A stretch of 64,000 bases of DNA from NCBI RefSeq assembly GCF_006345805.1, contig NC_042998.1, positions 196,788,001 to 196,852,000 on the forward strand, in the 5' to 3' direction. This stretch comes from Octopus sinensis (Eukaryota). The notes below the pieces were generated by a model that saw only the letters and a program-made list of their open reading frames with translations, was not told the DNA's origin and searched no databases. Both the position numbers and the translations under genes were made by a program. This document shows, piece by piece, positions 63,400 through 64,000 of the stretch. Within the stretch, counting starts at the first letter, position 1, and each line of letters opens with the position of its first letter.

Positions 63400-63720
63400 A
63401 CAGCTCAGAGCTGCGGCCATGCTGATGCACCGCCGTTTTGTGCTACACTGTTATTGCGACGAACCTCCTCTAATATGTGGCACTTGGTGAAGAATGGAGT
63501 TTGATACAGCTACTCTCATTTGCACCTCTTGCCGTGAGATAGGTTCATCTGGGACTCTCGACAGGAAGAGGTCCAGCTTTGATTTAAAAACCTCTACATC
63601 TACTTTGTGCAAGTTCCTCAGACTCTTTGGGAGAATATTAAAAAGCCGTGACCCTTGAAACCCAGGCTGTTGCAGTAACTGGTCCTGGAGCGTGATGGCA
63701 TCGCTGGGATCTTTGGCACT
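63400..63720 (-). mobile_element. CR1-type LINE L-a 3' end
   Basis: GSRLFNILPKSLRNLHKVDVEVFKSKLDLFLSRVPDEP..GGSSQ*, then 3' UTR. Confidence 0.82.
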
Positions 63721-64000
63721 ATGCAGTGTTGTCCCGTTCTTTATGTGTAGTTTGAAATAATAGTGTTCCTATTAGCACATTAACATTCACATCATCAGAA
63801 TAACAAGAGGGTAATAATGACACGTTCGTGCGCTTTGCAGTGGGACACAAATGATCATAGGAATACTATTGTAAGTGATACTAAAATTATCAACGCCCGA
63901 TACTAAAGATTATACAACGGTAAATTCGGTAGATGTCATTATTCATTTGACACGCAATATATCTTTGTGTTAGCTTTTAGTTTGAATTTTGCGTTTTGTA

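Overview
Eukaryotic, very repeat-rich, AT-rich genomic DNA with no host protein-coding gene that I can identify with confidence. The SINE families and the microsatellite load look like a coleoid cephalopod, most likely Octopus. That assignment is inferred from remembered family sequences and was not checked against a database. Nearly all long ORFs in the supplied track are microsatellite artefacts. The real coding remnants are all from mobile elements: a Helitron PIF1-type helicase C-terminus, CR1-, RTE-, R4/Dong(RLE)-, Tx1/L1- and Jockey-like LINE fragments, a Gypsy integrase tail and a gag/ORF1-only element. About 40 tRNA-derived SINE copies fall into working families A, B (tails B1, B2, B3), C and D. 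Four observations stand out. (1) SINE family D forms head-to-tail concatemers with an invariant junction, these move as single TSD-flanked units, and their targets often start with the same GGT(A) motif that lies inside the element, which suggests a self-targeting feedback loop. (2) A 30-unit 20-bp minisatellite with a binary A/G code is built from the 3' end of that SINE. (3) SINE heads and tails are exchanged combinatorially. (4) Minimal hammerhead ribozymes occur in Penelope-like fragments. A SINE and two LINEs also share a co-varying 3' stem-loop. Coordinates were read by eye and are accurate to about +/-10 bp unless a TSD fixes them.
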